A DNA stretch of 64,000 nt from Candidatus Multivorans sp. (GCA_965216125.1 OZ244152.1:899035-963034), one strand, 5' to 3'; numbered from the stretch's first letter, positions 10,894 through 20,656 are shown. Numbers and translations are program-made. The notes: generated by a model not told the origin, from the letters alone.

Positions 10894-12168
10894 ATGATGC
10901 TCTGCGAAGATCGCAAAGACGGGAGCATCCTGCCGGCCGGCCTGACGGACCGACCGGCTGCTCGCGGCGACGCCTCCAAGACCCGAACCTGGACCCTGCG
11001 ACAAGTGCGAGTGCTCCGTCTTCTGACGACTGCTGCGTTGATTCCCATCGCCGCGGCCGCTCAGAACAACGAAAACCCCAACGACCGGTTCTCGGTCAGC
11101 GTCGGCGGACGGCTCCACGTCGAGGCCAGCACGTCCTCTCCCCACCCGGACCTGGCCGACCGGTTCCAGTTCGAGGACGGCATCGACTGGCGACGCGCCC
11201 GCCTGGTGCTGAACGGCGAGTTCCTCGACCGCTTCACCTTCAAGATCGAGCACGACATCGCCAGCGGCGACATCGTGCCCACGGATGTCTTCATCGAGGC
11301 AACGCCCGACGGTGGCGCAGCCACCTTCCGCGCGGGGCACTTCAAGGAGCCGTTCAGCCTCTCCATCCTCCAATCGTCCAACTACCACTCGTTCATCGCG
11401 CGCCCGGCCGCGGCCACCGCCCTGGCGCCGGGGCGCAACCTCGGCTTCATGATCCACGACCGGCTTCCCGGCGACCGCGTCGCCTGGGCCGTAGGCGCCT
11501 TCCGAGACAGCGACGGCTACGACATGCGGCCCGGGTCGGACTGGAGCCTGACCGGCCGCCTCACCGGCCTCGCCCTCGACGGCGACGAAGGAAGCGATCT
11601 CCTGCTCCACCTCGGCGCGGGGGTTTCGCACCGCCAGCCCACCGCGGACGCGGTCCGCCTGCGCGGGCGCGCCGGCGTACGGCTCGCGCCGCGCAAGGTC
11701 GACACCGGATGGCTTCCGGCCGACGGCTTGCGACTGCTGGGCGTCGAGTTGGCGCTCGCGCGGGGTTCCTTCTGGCTGCAGGGCGAGGTGCTGTCGGCCC
11801 ACGTGGACCTGCTGCCGGTTGCTTCCCCGGATGGTCAGAGCGCCCGGTTCGAGGCCCGGTACGTCGAAGCGGGCTGGTTCCTCACCGGGGAGAGGAAGCC
11901 CTACAGTCGCAGCTCCCGCACCTTCACCCGGTTGAAGCCGAAGGCGCCCGTGCCCGAGGGCAAGGGCGCCTGGGAACTCGCCGCTCGCTGGGATCACATC
12001 GATCTGAGCGGCGGGTCTGTCTTCGGCGGCAGCCAGCAGAGTCTCTCCCTGGCCCTCAACTGGATCCTGCGCAGCGATTTGCGGGCGCTCCTGAACTACG
12101 TGTCGACCGACCCGGACGGAGCCGGATCGGTCGACCACGCGGGCCTGCTCTTACACGTGGACTTCTAG
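10894..12168 (+). CDS. Phosphate-selective porin OprO/OprP family (outer-membrane beta-barrel)
   Basis: 424 aa; signal-like LRLLTTAALIPIAAAAQ; porin O/P family resemblance; C-terminal aromatic (…LLLHVDF). Divergent from phoB. Start uncertain: ATG 10894 or GTG ~11005. Confidence 0.7.
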   Translation: MMLCEDRKDGSILPAGLTDRPAARGDASKTRTWTLRQVRVLRLLTTAALIPIAAAAQNNENPNDRFSVSVGGRLHVEASTSSPHPDLADRFQFEDGIDWRRARLVLNGEFLDRFTFKIEHDIASGDIVPTDVFIEATPDGGAATFRAGHFKEPFSLSILQSSNYHSFIARPAAATALAPGRNLGFMIHDRLPGDRVAWAVGAFRDSDGYDMRPGSDWSLTGRLTGLALDGDEGSDLLLHLGAGVSHRQPTADAVRLRGRAGVRLAPRKVDTGWLPADGLRLLGVELALARGSFWLQGEVLSAHVDLLPVASPDGQSARFEARYVEAGWFLTGERKPYSRSSRTFTRLKPKAPVPEGKGAWELAARWDHIDLSGGSVFGGSQQSLSLALNWILRSDLRALLNYVSTDPDGAGSVDHAGLLLHVDF

Positions 12169-12245
12169 CAAGCCCCTGGAACGAGTAGCCGAACCCCAGG
12201 CTCGCCGATCAACTGCCGCAGCGGCCGATCCTCGGCGAACTCGCC

Positions 12246-14201
12246 TCAGTCGCCGAGATGCCCGGCCAGGAACGCCGCGTAGCGTTCCGAAGCCTCGATC
12301 CGGTTCACCCGGTTGCGAAAGCCGTGGCCCTCGTCCGGGAACAGGACGTACTCCACCGGCACCCCGTTCGCCCGCACCGCCTCGACCAGTTCGTCGCTCT
12401 CGACCTGGAGCACGCGCGGATCGTTGGCGCCCTGGACAACGAGCAGCGGCCGAACGATGTTCGAGGCGTGAAACAGCGGCGAGATGCGGTGCAGTCGCTC
12501 GCGCTCGGTGGCCGGGTCGCCCAGCTCCCCGAGCAGCGCCACCTTCTGGGCCTGCCACCACGGCGGCGTGCTCTCAAGCGTCCGGATCCAGTTCGTGACC
12601 CCGAAGATGTCGATGCCGACATCGAAGACTTCCGGCTCGAACGCCAGCGCGGCCGCCACCATGTAGCCGCCGTAACTGCCGCCGATGATGCCGACCCGCG
12701 AACCGTCGACGAACTCCTGGGACTCGAGCCAGGTGCGCGCCCACACGCAGTCCTGCAGGTCGACCTCGCCGTGCTTCTTGTCGTCCATGTGGAAGAAGGT
12801 CTTGCCGTAGCCGGACGAACCGCGGTTGTTCACGCCGAGGACGACGTAGCCCTGATTCACCAGGTGCTGGATCTCGGCGCGGTAGGTGCGGCGGGTCTGA
12901 CCGCCCGGTCCGCCGTGGACCCAGACCATCGCGGGCGCCGGATTGTCCGCCGACGCCCCGTGCGGCTGCCAAAGGATGGCCGGGATCTCCAGCCCGTCGA
13001 AGCTCGGGTAGCGGATGACCTCGGTCGTCACCAGATCCTCGACATCGATCTCGGGGTTCAGGCTCTCGGTCAGGCGAACCGCCTCGCCGCCCTGCTCCAG
13101 GTCGTAGACGTAGAGGTCCGAAGGCGCCCGGTCGCTGCTCAGGTAGAAGGCCATCAGGCGATCGCTGGCAGAGAAACGGACTCCCGCCACATCGCCGGCG
13201 GGCAGATCGGGAAGCTCGACCGGAGCGCCGGTCTCGGTGTCCAGCACCTCGACCGCTGTGGCCCCATCCTCATTGATGGCCGAAACCCGGTAACGGCCCG
13301 TCTCGGAGTAGGAGACGCCGAAGACATCCCAGTCGGCTGCCAGCACCAGCTCCGGCGCGCCGCTCGCAAGGTCGTAGGACCACACCTGGGCGAACTCGCC
13401 GTATTCGTTCGTCCCGTAGTGAAGCTGCGCGCTGTCCGGCGTGAAGCCGCCCGAGGAGTGCTCGACGTCACCCTCGTGCGAGGAAGCGTGGACCAGGCGA
13501 CCGGCCTCGAGATCGTAGGCGTAGACATCGCTGTCGTAGTTGCTGTTCAGGCGGTCGAGGGCAACCCACCGGCCGTCGTCGCTGACGTCGCCGAGGCTGA
13601 AGGCGCCGTCGTTCTCGAACACCCGGTGTCGCGCAAAGTCCCAGGTCCCGGGAGGCGGCACCTCGTAGCGGTAGAGATCCATGGCGAAGGGCGTGCGCTC
13701 GTTCGTCCGCACGAAGAAGGCCCCGCCGTCGGCCTGCCAACCGGCGAAGGAGGCGCGCACGTTCTCTCCCGGCGTCAGGTCGACGGCGCCCTCCGGAACG
13801 TCCCCGGCGCCGTCCGACCCCACGTACAGGTGGTTCAACTCGTTGCCGCCCTGGTCGCCCGTGTACAGAAAACGGTCGTCGCTCGGGAAGTAGCTCTGCG
13901 CGAACACCGGGCCCGCGCTGTCGGTCAGTAGCTCGGGCTCGCCGCCCGACGTCGGCACGCTGTACACGGCCCATACTCCGCTCACGTCGCTGGAGATCAG
14001 CAGACGGCTCTCGTCGGCCGAAAACGACGCCCCGCGGTAGGAGGTCGTGCTGTGGAAGGCGGCGGCGCTGTAGACCGCGGGTTGCCGCGGGGCCGGTAGG
14101 TCACCGGCGGCGCAGCCGAGGATTAGCAGGGCGACAAAAGGCGCTCCCGGAAACGACGAGTAACCACGATGGGAGCAGAACCAGCTTGTGCTGAGTGTCA
14201 T
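12246..14201 (-). CDS. S9 family peptidase (TolB-like beta-propeller plus prolyl-oligopeptidase/acylaminoacyl-peptidase domain), lipoprotein
   Basis: Catalytic [12 protein letters not shown] (Ser nucleophile); C-terminal D and H (QGANDPRV ... DEGHGF); N-terminal PD40-like repeats. Probable start ATG 14199-14201 with GAGGAGG RBS and lipobox LILGCAA. Confidence 0.85.
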   Translation of the reverse strand: MTLSTSWFCSHRGYSSFPGAPFVALLILGCAAGDLPAPRQPAVYSAAAFHSTTSYRGASFSADESRLLISSDVSGVWAVYSVPTSGGEPELLTDSAGPVFAQSYFPSDDRFLYTGDQGGNELNHLYVGSDGAGDVPEGAVDLTPGENVRASFAGWQADGGAFFVRTNERTPFAMDLYRYEVPPPGTWDFARHRVFENDGAFSLGDVSDDGRWVALDRLNSNYDSDVYAYDLEAGRLVHASSHEGDVEHSSGGFTPDSAQLHYGTNEYGEFAQVWSYDLASGAPELVLAADWDVFGVSYSETGRYRVSAINEDGATAVEVLDTETGAPVELPDLPAGDVAGVRFSASDRLMAFYLSSDRAPSDLYVYDLEQGGEAVRLTESLNPEIDVEDLVTTEVIRYPSFDGLEIPAILWQPHGASADNPAPAMVWVHGGPGGQTRRTYRAEIQHLVNQGYVVLGVNNRGSSGYGKTFFHMDDKKHGEVDLQDCVWARTWLESQEFVDGSRVGIIGGSYGGYMVAAALAFEPEVFDVGIDIFGVTNWIRTLESTPPWWQAQKVALLGELGDPATERERLHRISPLFHASNIVRPLLVVQGANDPRVLQVESDELVEAVRANGVPVEYVLFPDEGHGFRNRVNRIEASERYAAFLAGHLGD

Positions 14202-14248
14202 GAAACGAAGCCTCCTCGAGTGACGGCGGCCGCCCCGGCAGGGTATTC

Positions 14249-15598
14249 TCATCGCTTCCCGGCCCAGTAGTCTAGAAGCTGCGGCTTCGGTTTGGGTGGG
14301 ACTATCACGTCGTCGATCTTGTGAGGCGGTCGTATCGACCCGATGTCTGGGAAGCTGAGGCCGTAGGCCACGCCCAGTCGTTCCATCGCGTCAGTGGAGG
14401 GCGTCTCGTCACCCCAAGCGTCCAGAGTTGACGACAAAGCCCTGTAACGGAAGAGCGAAACACTCTCCGCAAGCTGACGGATGGCGTCCTCCGAATTTCT
14501 TCCAGCTCTACCCACCAGATCAAAGCCACGACCGCCGCCGGTCACGAACACCTGCAATCCATCTCTCCAGTGAGGGGCCAGAGGATCCCTCAGCTTCCTA
14601 AGGCGCCAGAATAGCTTCACGAGCGCCTTGGTCACGTCACCTAGATACTCGTCGTCGATCTTGTTCAGCGCTTCGCGAATCTCGACGCCTGGCCGCTCGA
14701 CGTAGTCCAAGGCCCGTTGCGGGATCACCGCGAACGGCCCAGCCTCCCGAGATGGCACGCCCGGTCGCGGCCGACAGCCTGCCTCCTCCGTCTTCGCCAA
14801 GCGTTTGACATGTACCTCCAGGACATCCAAGCGCTCCACGAGAGCCGTCAAGAGCTCGTACCGATCGTCCCCCTGCCGCTCGTGGAGCACGAAGCCACAA
14901 ACATCGATCGTCGAGGCACCAACGTCGACGATGACATGCAGACCATCCCGCCGCTCCCTGGCCCGTGCGTAGCCGGCAACCTCGGCAACGATCTCCGGCA
15001 CGACCTCAAGTAGAACGTCCTGGTCGGAGGGATCGGAGACTAGGAGTGCCGCCACCGCGTCCTTCATGGTCGGCGCTTCCCTCCGCAGCGAAAGGCGCCA
15101 AGCTGCGCGGCCGACGGCGAGAAAGCACTCCCGCGTCTCGTCGTCGTCGTAGCCGGCCGACGGGATGCCCAGGTTCACCGCCCAGCGAATCACGTACTTC
15201 CCGTATACGTCGGCCTGTTTGTCGAGTACGTACTGCCGAGAGGTCCGAAGAACCCACGCCAAGTAGGCAGCCGCCAAGGCCCGAGCATCTCGGGAGCCGG
15301 GCCGGTCCAGGAGATCGACCTTCAGGTCTCGGTTGGAGAAGTCCGCATCGGCCGGCACCTGGAAGCCGCCACTCTCGGCGCTCTGCAGGGTCGTCGGCAA
15401 CAGGAACGTGTCGCGGCCTTCACCGTCCGGCCACTTCACGACGACCGCATTCCCCCGTCCAAAGTACGGACTGCGAACCACGACCTTCGCGCTGGAAGTG
15501 CCGAAGTCCAGGCCGACGACCAGATCGACCGTCTCGCGTGGCGACCGGTACCGAGTGACCGTGGCGTCGACAGCGAGAGCCTGAGTCCAATGCAGCAT
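14249..15598 (-). CDS. ASKHA-superfamily (actin/Hsp70/PilM/FtsA-like) ATPase-fold protein, function unknown
   Basis: 450 aa; phosphate-1 VVGLDFGTSSAKVVV, phosphate-2 VIVDVGASTIDVCGF, adenosine VFVTGGGRGFDLVG. Strong RBS GGAGGTAAGGAGAAG; start 8 nt after the stop of the upstream SNF2 gene. Confidence 0.6.
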   Translation of the reverse strand: MLHWTQALAVDATVTRYRSPRETVDLVVGLDFGTSSAKVVVRSPYFGRGNAVVVKWPDGEGRDTFLLPTTLQSAESGGFQVPADADFSNRDLKVDLLDRPGSRDARALAAAYLAWVLRTSRQYVLDKQADVYGKYVIRWAVNLGIPSAGYDDDETRECFLAVGRAAWRLSLRREAPTMKDAVAALLVSDPSDQDVLLEVVPEIVAEVAGYARARERRDGLHVIVDVGASTIDVCGFVLHERQGDDRYELLTALVERLDVLEVHVKRLAKTEEAGCRPRPGVPSREAGPFAVIPQRALDYVERPGVEIREALNKIDDEYLGDVTKALVKLFWRLRKLRDPLAPHWRDGLQVFVTGGGRGFDLVGRAGRNSEDAIRQLAESVSLFRYRALSSTLDAWGDETPSTDAMERLGVAYGLSFPDIGSIRPPHKIDDVIVPPKPKPQLLDYWAGKR

Positions 15599-15608
15599 CA
15601 ACTTCTCC

Positions 15609-18600
15609 TTACCTCCCGGTGTCTTCCTCCGAATCGACCCGAATTAGGCCGACGCAGACCGTCTCCGGCGGGCTGAAGCTCAGCCTGCGCTCTGCTTCGA
15701 TCTGACGAAGCCGGTGCTCCGCGCGACCTTCGAGTGCACTGAGACGCCCCTTGGTCGCCGGCACCAGCCGCTCAGGGCCAAGCTCCATGAATCTCCTCAG
15801 TTGGCCCTCCAACACTGACCTTTGGTGCGCGTACCGTCGCTCCGCCATCCTGCCCAGCACGTCCGCCCTGTCCTCGTTCTCAGCCCTCAGATCCGACACA
15901 TACGACTCGAAGCTCCGTTCCGACGGTTCCACGCAGGCAACCGCGATTCGCTCAGCCACCTTCTGCGGGTCCATAGACCCTCCTGCGCCAAGCCATCTGG
16001 ACCCGCGACTCGCAGCCTGTACGACCAGCAACTCGGCATCCTGCGGTGCGAGGCGGCGCTCAGATCCGTCAGCCGCCACGGCAGCGTAGAAGAGCCTCTC
16101 CGCATGCCGAAGTCCCCGAACCGACCACCGCTGGACTGAGAAGCCGTAGGTTCCGGGGCCAATCCGGCCCCGCAGCTTCCGGGCTGGCAACCGAACGGTC
16201 ACCGCCGGCCTCCGCCGTTCCTCCGCCTCGTTCAGACGGGACGCCACGAATCGCACCAACGGATGGAACTGGTTGACTACTTCTTCTCTCTGTCGACGCT
16301 CCGGTACGGTCGAGTTCTCGAAACGGCACCTCACCTCTCGCAGCGTCAACTGCGTGACCCCGTCAAGCTTCTCCTGCCGCACGAATCTCTCCAAATCGAA
16401 CCGGGCCTCGGCCGAGAGATTCACGTCGAACAACTGACGGTCGCTCGCGGCTTGACGGAACTCGGAACCTCGATAGTGCAAACCGACGAAGTCCGTCACG
16501 TACGCGAGCAGATCCTCCGCCGAAATCGACCGATGCAAGTCACGAGCCGCTCGCACCTGCCGCAGTATGTAGTCCCCATAGGCCGTCAGATGAGCCGCTT
16601 CCTGCTCCAGCTTCTCCTCCTCCTGCCTCCGAATCGCCAGCGCCGCCCGGGTTTGGTCGATCAGTTTCACCTCTTCCTCTGCGCTGAGCTGGCTAGTGAA
16701 GAGCCGGCGCCGTAGGTCCTGGACCATCTCCCCGACCACCGGCTCAAGCCCCCCCAGCGTGCCCTCGAAGACATTCAGCCGTGCGAACAAGCGATCGTAG
16801 ATCCGTGCGTCAATCGTGTTCCCATAGAACAGATTCCACACATGGATCTTCTGCGCGCGCTGGCCCAACCGGTCCACGCGGCCGATTCGCTGCTCCACCC
16901 GCATGGGGTTCCACGGCAGGTCGTAGTTGATGACTGCCCGCGCGAACTGTAGGTCGATCCCCTCACTACCCACCTCGGACGACAAGAGGACATGCACGCG
17001 GCGACAACGGCGGAACTCCTCCACGGTTCGGTCCTTGTCCAGAGTCGCGCCGCGCAACGCCATCGCCGGAATCCCATCTTCCTCGAGCCGCTCTTCCAAG
17101 TAGTCCAGCGTCGCCAAAAACGCGGAGAAGACGATGACCTTCTCTCCCTCCCTCTTCTCGAACCACCCCAGTAGCTCTGCTCGGAACCGCTCGTACTTGC
17201 TGTCTCCTTCCCAAAGAGCATCGAGGTCGCCCAGTTCTCGGGCCCGTGCAACGAGAGCAGCCCGTAGTGGGCGGTCATCGTCCTCCCATTCATCGAGAGC
17301 CTCGTGGCCGGACGCGCCGCCCTGCTGCCAGAGACGCAGCGCGGCCGGCATGGAGCTGCTCATCTGCCGCTGCGGAGTCACTTCGAGGAATGCCGCGTTG
17401 ACATCACCTTTCATGCAGTACTCCCGCACAAGCTCCGTGACAGCCCGGTAGAACCGCTCCTCCGCCGGCTTGGGTGGCACCTTCTCGGCCAGAACCTCGC
17501 GGATGACGCGACGTTCCTCAACCTCCCGCCTTCTCGTGCGCGTCACCGCATAACCCAGTAGGTTGACCCGATCCAATCGTTCCGCCACCCTCGCTACGTT
17601 CGCAGCTAGCGAGAAGTCCTGTTCCCAGATCCTCTCCTCGACGAGGCGCTTCAACTGACGGTTGTCCCGTAACAGGGGATTCCGGCGAGCCATCCGCAAC
17701 AACACCTCAAGACAGCTTCCGGCTGCACTACTGCCTGCTTTCCCATGGCTGGTCACGATTTCCCGTGCCTGAACGAGTGGACCATTGGCCTCGAGAATCT
17801 CCGAAAAGGACTGTCCACGCTCGAACATGCCTTCGTCCACGAGGCGAAGCAGCTCGTACAGGTCGTTGTTCCTCAGGTGAATGGGAGTGGCCGTGAGCAG
17901 GACGATGTAGTCGGAGACGGATCGGGCGAGGCGGCCAAGCTGGGAGGTCATCGTCTCCCGGTTGCGCAGGTGGTGCGCCTCGTCGATCACGCAGAGGTCG
18001 ACGAGCGGTTGGGACTCCTGCTCACTCTCCAGGAAGCGGGCCAGTTCGGAAGCGTGATGAGTGTCCGTTCCCTCCTTCCATCCTCTGCGGGGTCGTAGTC
18101 CTTGGAGACTGGCGACGACAGCGAAGCCCTCGGTCCGCGCGCCGCCGGCCTGTCGTAATCTTGCCAGCATCCCCTTGGCGTCCAGGAGTTCCGCAGCAAC
18201 GCCGAAGCGGGTTCGAAGTTCACGCTGCCACTTCTCGCGCAGGACGGCGGGGCACAGCACGAGCAGTCTCCGGAAGTCATACCTCGTCCGGAGTTCCGTC
18301 CACACAAGCCCGGCTTCGATCATCTTGCCGAGTCCAACCTCGTCCGCGATCAGAATGCCCCGAGTAACGGAGTTAAGCAGCCGAACGACGGGTTTGAACT
18401 GGTGGGCATAGAAGTCCGTGCCCGTCACGTCCATGCTGTAGATCACGTCGGCGAGTCTTCCCGTCAACCGGGCGTGGGTCAGGGTAAGGCGAAGATCCAG
18501 TTCGTCGCCGAGCCGACCACGCTGGAAGAGGTCAAGAGCATCCTCCTCTGCTGCCACTTCCTCCAACTGGTCGCAGGGTATGTACTGCGAGCCTTCTGGG

Positions 18601-18722
18601 AACTGGATCTGCCACTTGGGGACGCTGCCGTAGTTGCGGGATCGCCCGGTAGCCACACCGATGCGGCCCGGATCGTGCTTGAGTCGGTAGCGCCGGCCTG
18701 CCTTGATCTCAACGTCAAGCAC
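15609..18722 (-). CDS. RapA/HepA-like SNF2-family ATPase/helicase with N- and C-terminal extensions
   Basis: 1037 aa; GTG start; SNF2_N motif I LIADEVGLGKMIEAG (note GKM, not GKT); motif II VIDEAHHLRN; LLTATPIHLRNNDLYELLRL; helicase-C block VLLSSEVGSEGIDLQFARAVINYDLPWNPMRVEQRIGRVDRLGQ, very close to E. coli RapA. About 350 aa C-terminal extension of unknown fold. Confidence 0.85.
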   Translation of the reverse strand: MLDVEIKAGRRYRLKHDPGRIGVATGRSRNYGSVPKWQIQFPEGSQYIPCDQLEEVAAEEDALDLFQRGRLGDELDLRLTLTHARLTGRLADVIYSMDVTGTDFYAHQFKPVVRLLNSVTRGILIADEVGLGKMIEAGLVWTELRTRYDFRRLLVLCPAVLREKWQRELRTRFGVAAELLDAKGMLARLRQAGGARTEGFAVVASLQGLRPRRGWKEGTDTHHASELARFLESEQESQPLVDLCVIDEAHHLRNRETMTSQLGRLARSVSDYIVLLTATPIHLRNNDLYELLRLVDEGMFERGQSFSEILEANGPLVQAREIVTSHGKAGSSAAGSCLEVLLRMARRNPLLRDNRQLKRLVEERIWEQDFSLAANVARVAERLDRVNLLGYAVTRTRRREVEERRVIREVLAEKVPPKPAEERFYRAVTELVREYCMKGDVNAAFLEVTPQRQMSSSMPAALRLWQQGGASGHEALDEWEDDDRPLRAALVARARELGDLDALWEGDSKYERFRAELLGWFEKREGEKVIVFSAFLATLDYLEERLEEDGIPAMALRGATLDKDRTVEEFRRCRRVHVLLSSEVGSEGIDLQFARAVINYDLPWNPMRVEQRIGRVDRLGQRAQKIHVWNLFYGNTIDARIYDRLFARLNVFEGTLGGLEPVVGEMVQDLRRRLFTSQLSAEEEVKLIDQTRAALAIRRQEEEKLEQEAAHLTAYGDYILRQVRAARDLHRSISAEDLLAYVTDFVGLHYRGSEFRQAASDRQLFDVNLSAEARFDLERFVRQEKLDGVTQLTLREVRCRFENSTVPERRQREEVVNQFHPLVRFVASRLNEAEERRRPAVTVRLPARKLRGRIGPGTYGFSVQRWSVRGLRHAERLFYAAVAADGSERRLAPQDAELLVVQAASRGSRWLGAGGSMDPQKVAERIAVACVEPSERSFESYVSDLRAENEDRADVLGRMAERRYAHQRSVLEGQLRRFMELGPERLVPATKGRLSALEGRAEHRLRQIEAERRLSFSPPETVCVGLIRVDSEEDTGR

Positions 18723-18767
18723 GGGAAGCCAGAACCCTACTCACGCCATGCACTTCGCCGCACCCCT

Positions 18768-18995
18768 TCACCCCTTGGCGAGCGCAGCCCGGAACTCTTC
18801 GTGCGAGACCTCGGCCTGCCGCAACAGACCGGCCAACGTGCCGATCTTCAACTCCCGGTGCTTCGGCACGACACATCCCACCGAACCTCGACGCATGACG
18901 ACGTGACTTCCACGTTGTCGGACGACTCTGAATCCCAGTCTCTCCAGTGCTCCTACGGCTTGCCGACCCGATATGCGCGGCAGGCTACGCGGCAT
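18768..18995 (-). CDS. hicA: HicA-family toxin (type II TA mRNA interferase)
   Basis: ~75 aa from ATG 18993-18995; MPRSLPRISGRQAVGALERLGFRVVRQRGSHVVMRR (K/R-rich, GSH motif typical of HicA/YcfA); overlaps hicB stop. Confidence 0.8.
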   Translation of the reverse strand: MPRSLPRISGRQAVGALERLGFRVVRQRGSHVVMRRGSVGCVVPKHRELKIGTLAGLLRQAEVSHEEFRAALAKG

Positions 18996-19206
18996 GCACG
19001 TCCACTTCAAACGTCGTCAGGATCGGCCTGCCCCGTGACTCCAACGGGAACTCCTCCAAGTAGAGCTCGGTCGCCTCGCGCAGATTGGCCAGGGCTTCTT
19101 CAATGCTCTCGCCCTGAGTCGTCACGCCGGTTTCCGGATTCACCGCGGTGAATCCGCCCTCTGACGCGGGCAGCAGCACAGCAGTCAGTTCCAGGATTCG
19201 CGTCAT
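18985..19206 (-). CDS. hicB: HicB-family antitoxin
   Basis: 73 aa; HicB-like N-terminal domain (…GGFTAVNPETGVTTQGESIEEALANLREATELYLEE); GGAGGAG RBS; directly upstream of and overlapping hicA. Confidence 0.75.
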   Translation of the reverse strand: MTRILELTAVLLPASEGGFTAVNPETGVTTQGESIEEALANLREATELYLEEFPLESRGRPILTTFEVDVHAA

Positions 19207-19260
19207 GTCTCCTCCATCGATCCGGTGACGGAACCGTCCATCGGATGCTATACGGGCCGC

Positions 19261-20631
19261 CTACGGCGGCGCCGTGTGCAGCCAGCCCGCCTGTTCGAGA
19301 ATCGAGACCAGGGCGAGGTCGACCAGCTTCTCGCCGGCGCCGACTTCGACGATCGTGGCTTCCCGGCCGCCGTAACCGCCCTGGGCGGCGGCGGCGATGG
19401 TTGGGAAGTAGGCCAGCTCGCCGTTCGTGTAGCCGGCGAACAGAGTGTGGGGAATCTGGCTCGCCGCGCGCAGGCGCAACTGGTGCTCGACGAAGAACTC
19501 ACCCGGGAAGCTGGCGAGCGCGATCTGGCTCTCGCGGCGGTTGCCGAGGACCACCGTGTTCACCTCGGCTTCGCGTTCGAGCGGGAAGCGCACCCGGAAA
19601 CGCTCCAGGGTCGCCTCCTGGCCACGGCGGCGAAACGCCTCCTGCACCTCCGGCGACTCCAGGTCCCAGCGCGCTTCAAGCGGCACCACATGCCGCCGCA
19701 CCGAGAGAGTCTCCGGGTCGTGGAAGGCGCCCGCGGCCACAAGATCGGCGCGAATGCGGAGCACCTCGTGTCCGAGCCGCTCACCTGCCATGAGCACCTG
19801 CTCGAAACCGCCTTCCTCGGGCGGGGTCTTGTCCCAGAACGGGTTGATGTCGCCCGGGGCGCCCTGCAGGAACATCGGCACCCCGCCGCCCCGTGCCTCG
19901 ACCAGGGCCGCCATCGCGCCCGGGTAGTCGGCGGAAACGAGCATGTTCTCAGGCCCCAGGATGACGGGATGGACCGCGAAGTTGACCACGGTCGCGATCG
20001 CACCGCCCCCCGCGTCGTCGACGGCCAGCACCGCCACCGAGTCGTCGACCGGCCCGGTCGGCAGCCGTTCGCGGTTGCGCCAGAACATCTCCACGCTGCC
20101 GTCGGGCAGCACGCGGCGCCGGTTGAAGCCCTCGCTCGCCGCGCCCCAACCCACCGCGACCCGCGCCGGCCGCAGCCCGGCGTGGGCCTCGATGATCGCG
20201 GCGACGATCTTCCGCTCCAGCTCCGCGATCCACGGCTGCTCCGCGCTCGGAAAGTCCGCTTCGAAGCTCGGCGCCGAGTGGGTGTGCGACGCGCTCAGCA
20301 GAACGTGGTCGAACCCGGCCGCGGCTTCGACCTCACGCCGAACCACGACCGTGTTCGCCTTCTTGATCGATCCGAGGTCGAGCGCGACCAGCGCGACCGT
20401 CTCGCCGCCCGCCTCGAGCACCAGCGCCCGCGCGTAGAGCGGATCGTGAACGCCCTCGGAGCGGTTCGTACCGCGGACGCCGTAGCCGTAGAGCAACGAA
20501 CCGACCGGCGGCGTGATCTCGACCACAGCCGAGCCGGCACGCAACTGAGCCGACGCCGGCGGCGGGCTGAGCGCCGCCACGCCGAGAAGAGCAAGAACCG
20601 CCAAACCGAAGATCAGACGGCGCCGCAACAT
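19261..20631 (-). CDS. Neutral/alkaline ceramidase-like secreted hydrolase
   Basis: 456 aa; signal peptide; family resemblance (…DPLYARALVLEAGGETVALVALDLG…SASHTHSAPS…). Confidence 0.6.
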   Translation of the reverse strand: MLRRRLIFGLAVLALLGVAALSPPPASAQLRAGSAVVEITPPVGSLLYGYGVRGTNRSEGVHDPLYARALVLEAGGETVALVALDLGSIKKANTVVVRREVEAAAGFDHVLLSASHTHSAPSFEADFPSAEQPWIAELERKIVAAIIEAHAGLRPARVAVGWGAASEGFNRRRVLPDGSVEMFWRNRERLPTGPVDDSVAVLAVDDAGGGAIATVVNFAVHPVILGPENMLVSADYPGAMAALVEARGGGVPMFLQGAPGDINPFWDKTPPEEGGFEQVLMAGERLGHEVLRIRADLVAAGAFHDPETLSVRRHVVPLEARWDLESPEVQEAFRRRGQEATLERFRVRFPLEREAEVNTVVLGNRRESQIALASFPGEFFVEHQLRLRAASQIPHTLFAGYTNGELAYFPTIAAAAQGGYGGREATIVEVGAGEKLVDLALVSILEQAGWLHTAPP

Positions 20632-20656
20632 GCCGGTGGCCGGTCGCAGAGCCCTG

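Noticed and set aside
14249-15598. ASKHA protein as exopolyphosphatase Ppx/GppA (attractive because of neighbouring pho genes)
   Set aside because: Phosphate-1 motif is DFGTSS (actin/Hsp70/PilM-like) rather than Ppx-type DLGSNSF, and the gene is coupled to the SNF2 gene, not to the pho operon.
15609-18722. SNF2 gene as the housekeeping RNA-polymerase recycling factor RapA
   Set aside because: Although the ATPase core is RapA-like, the N-terminal region is much shorter than RapA's, the C-terminal 350 aa differ, Walker A is GKM, and it is operonic with hicAB and an ASKHA gene. Not fully excluded.
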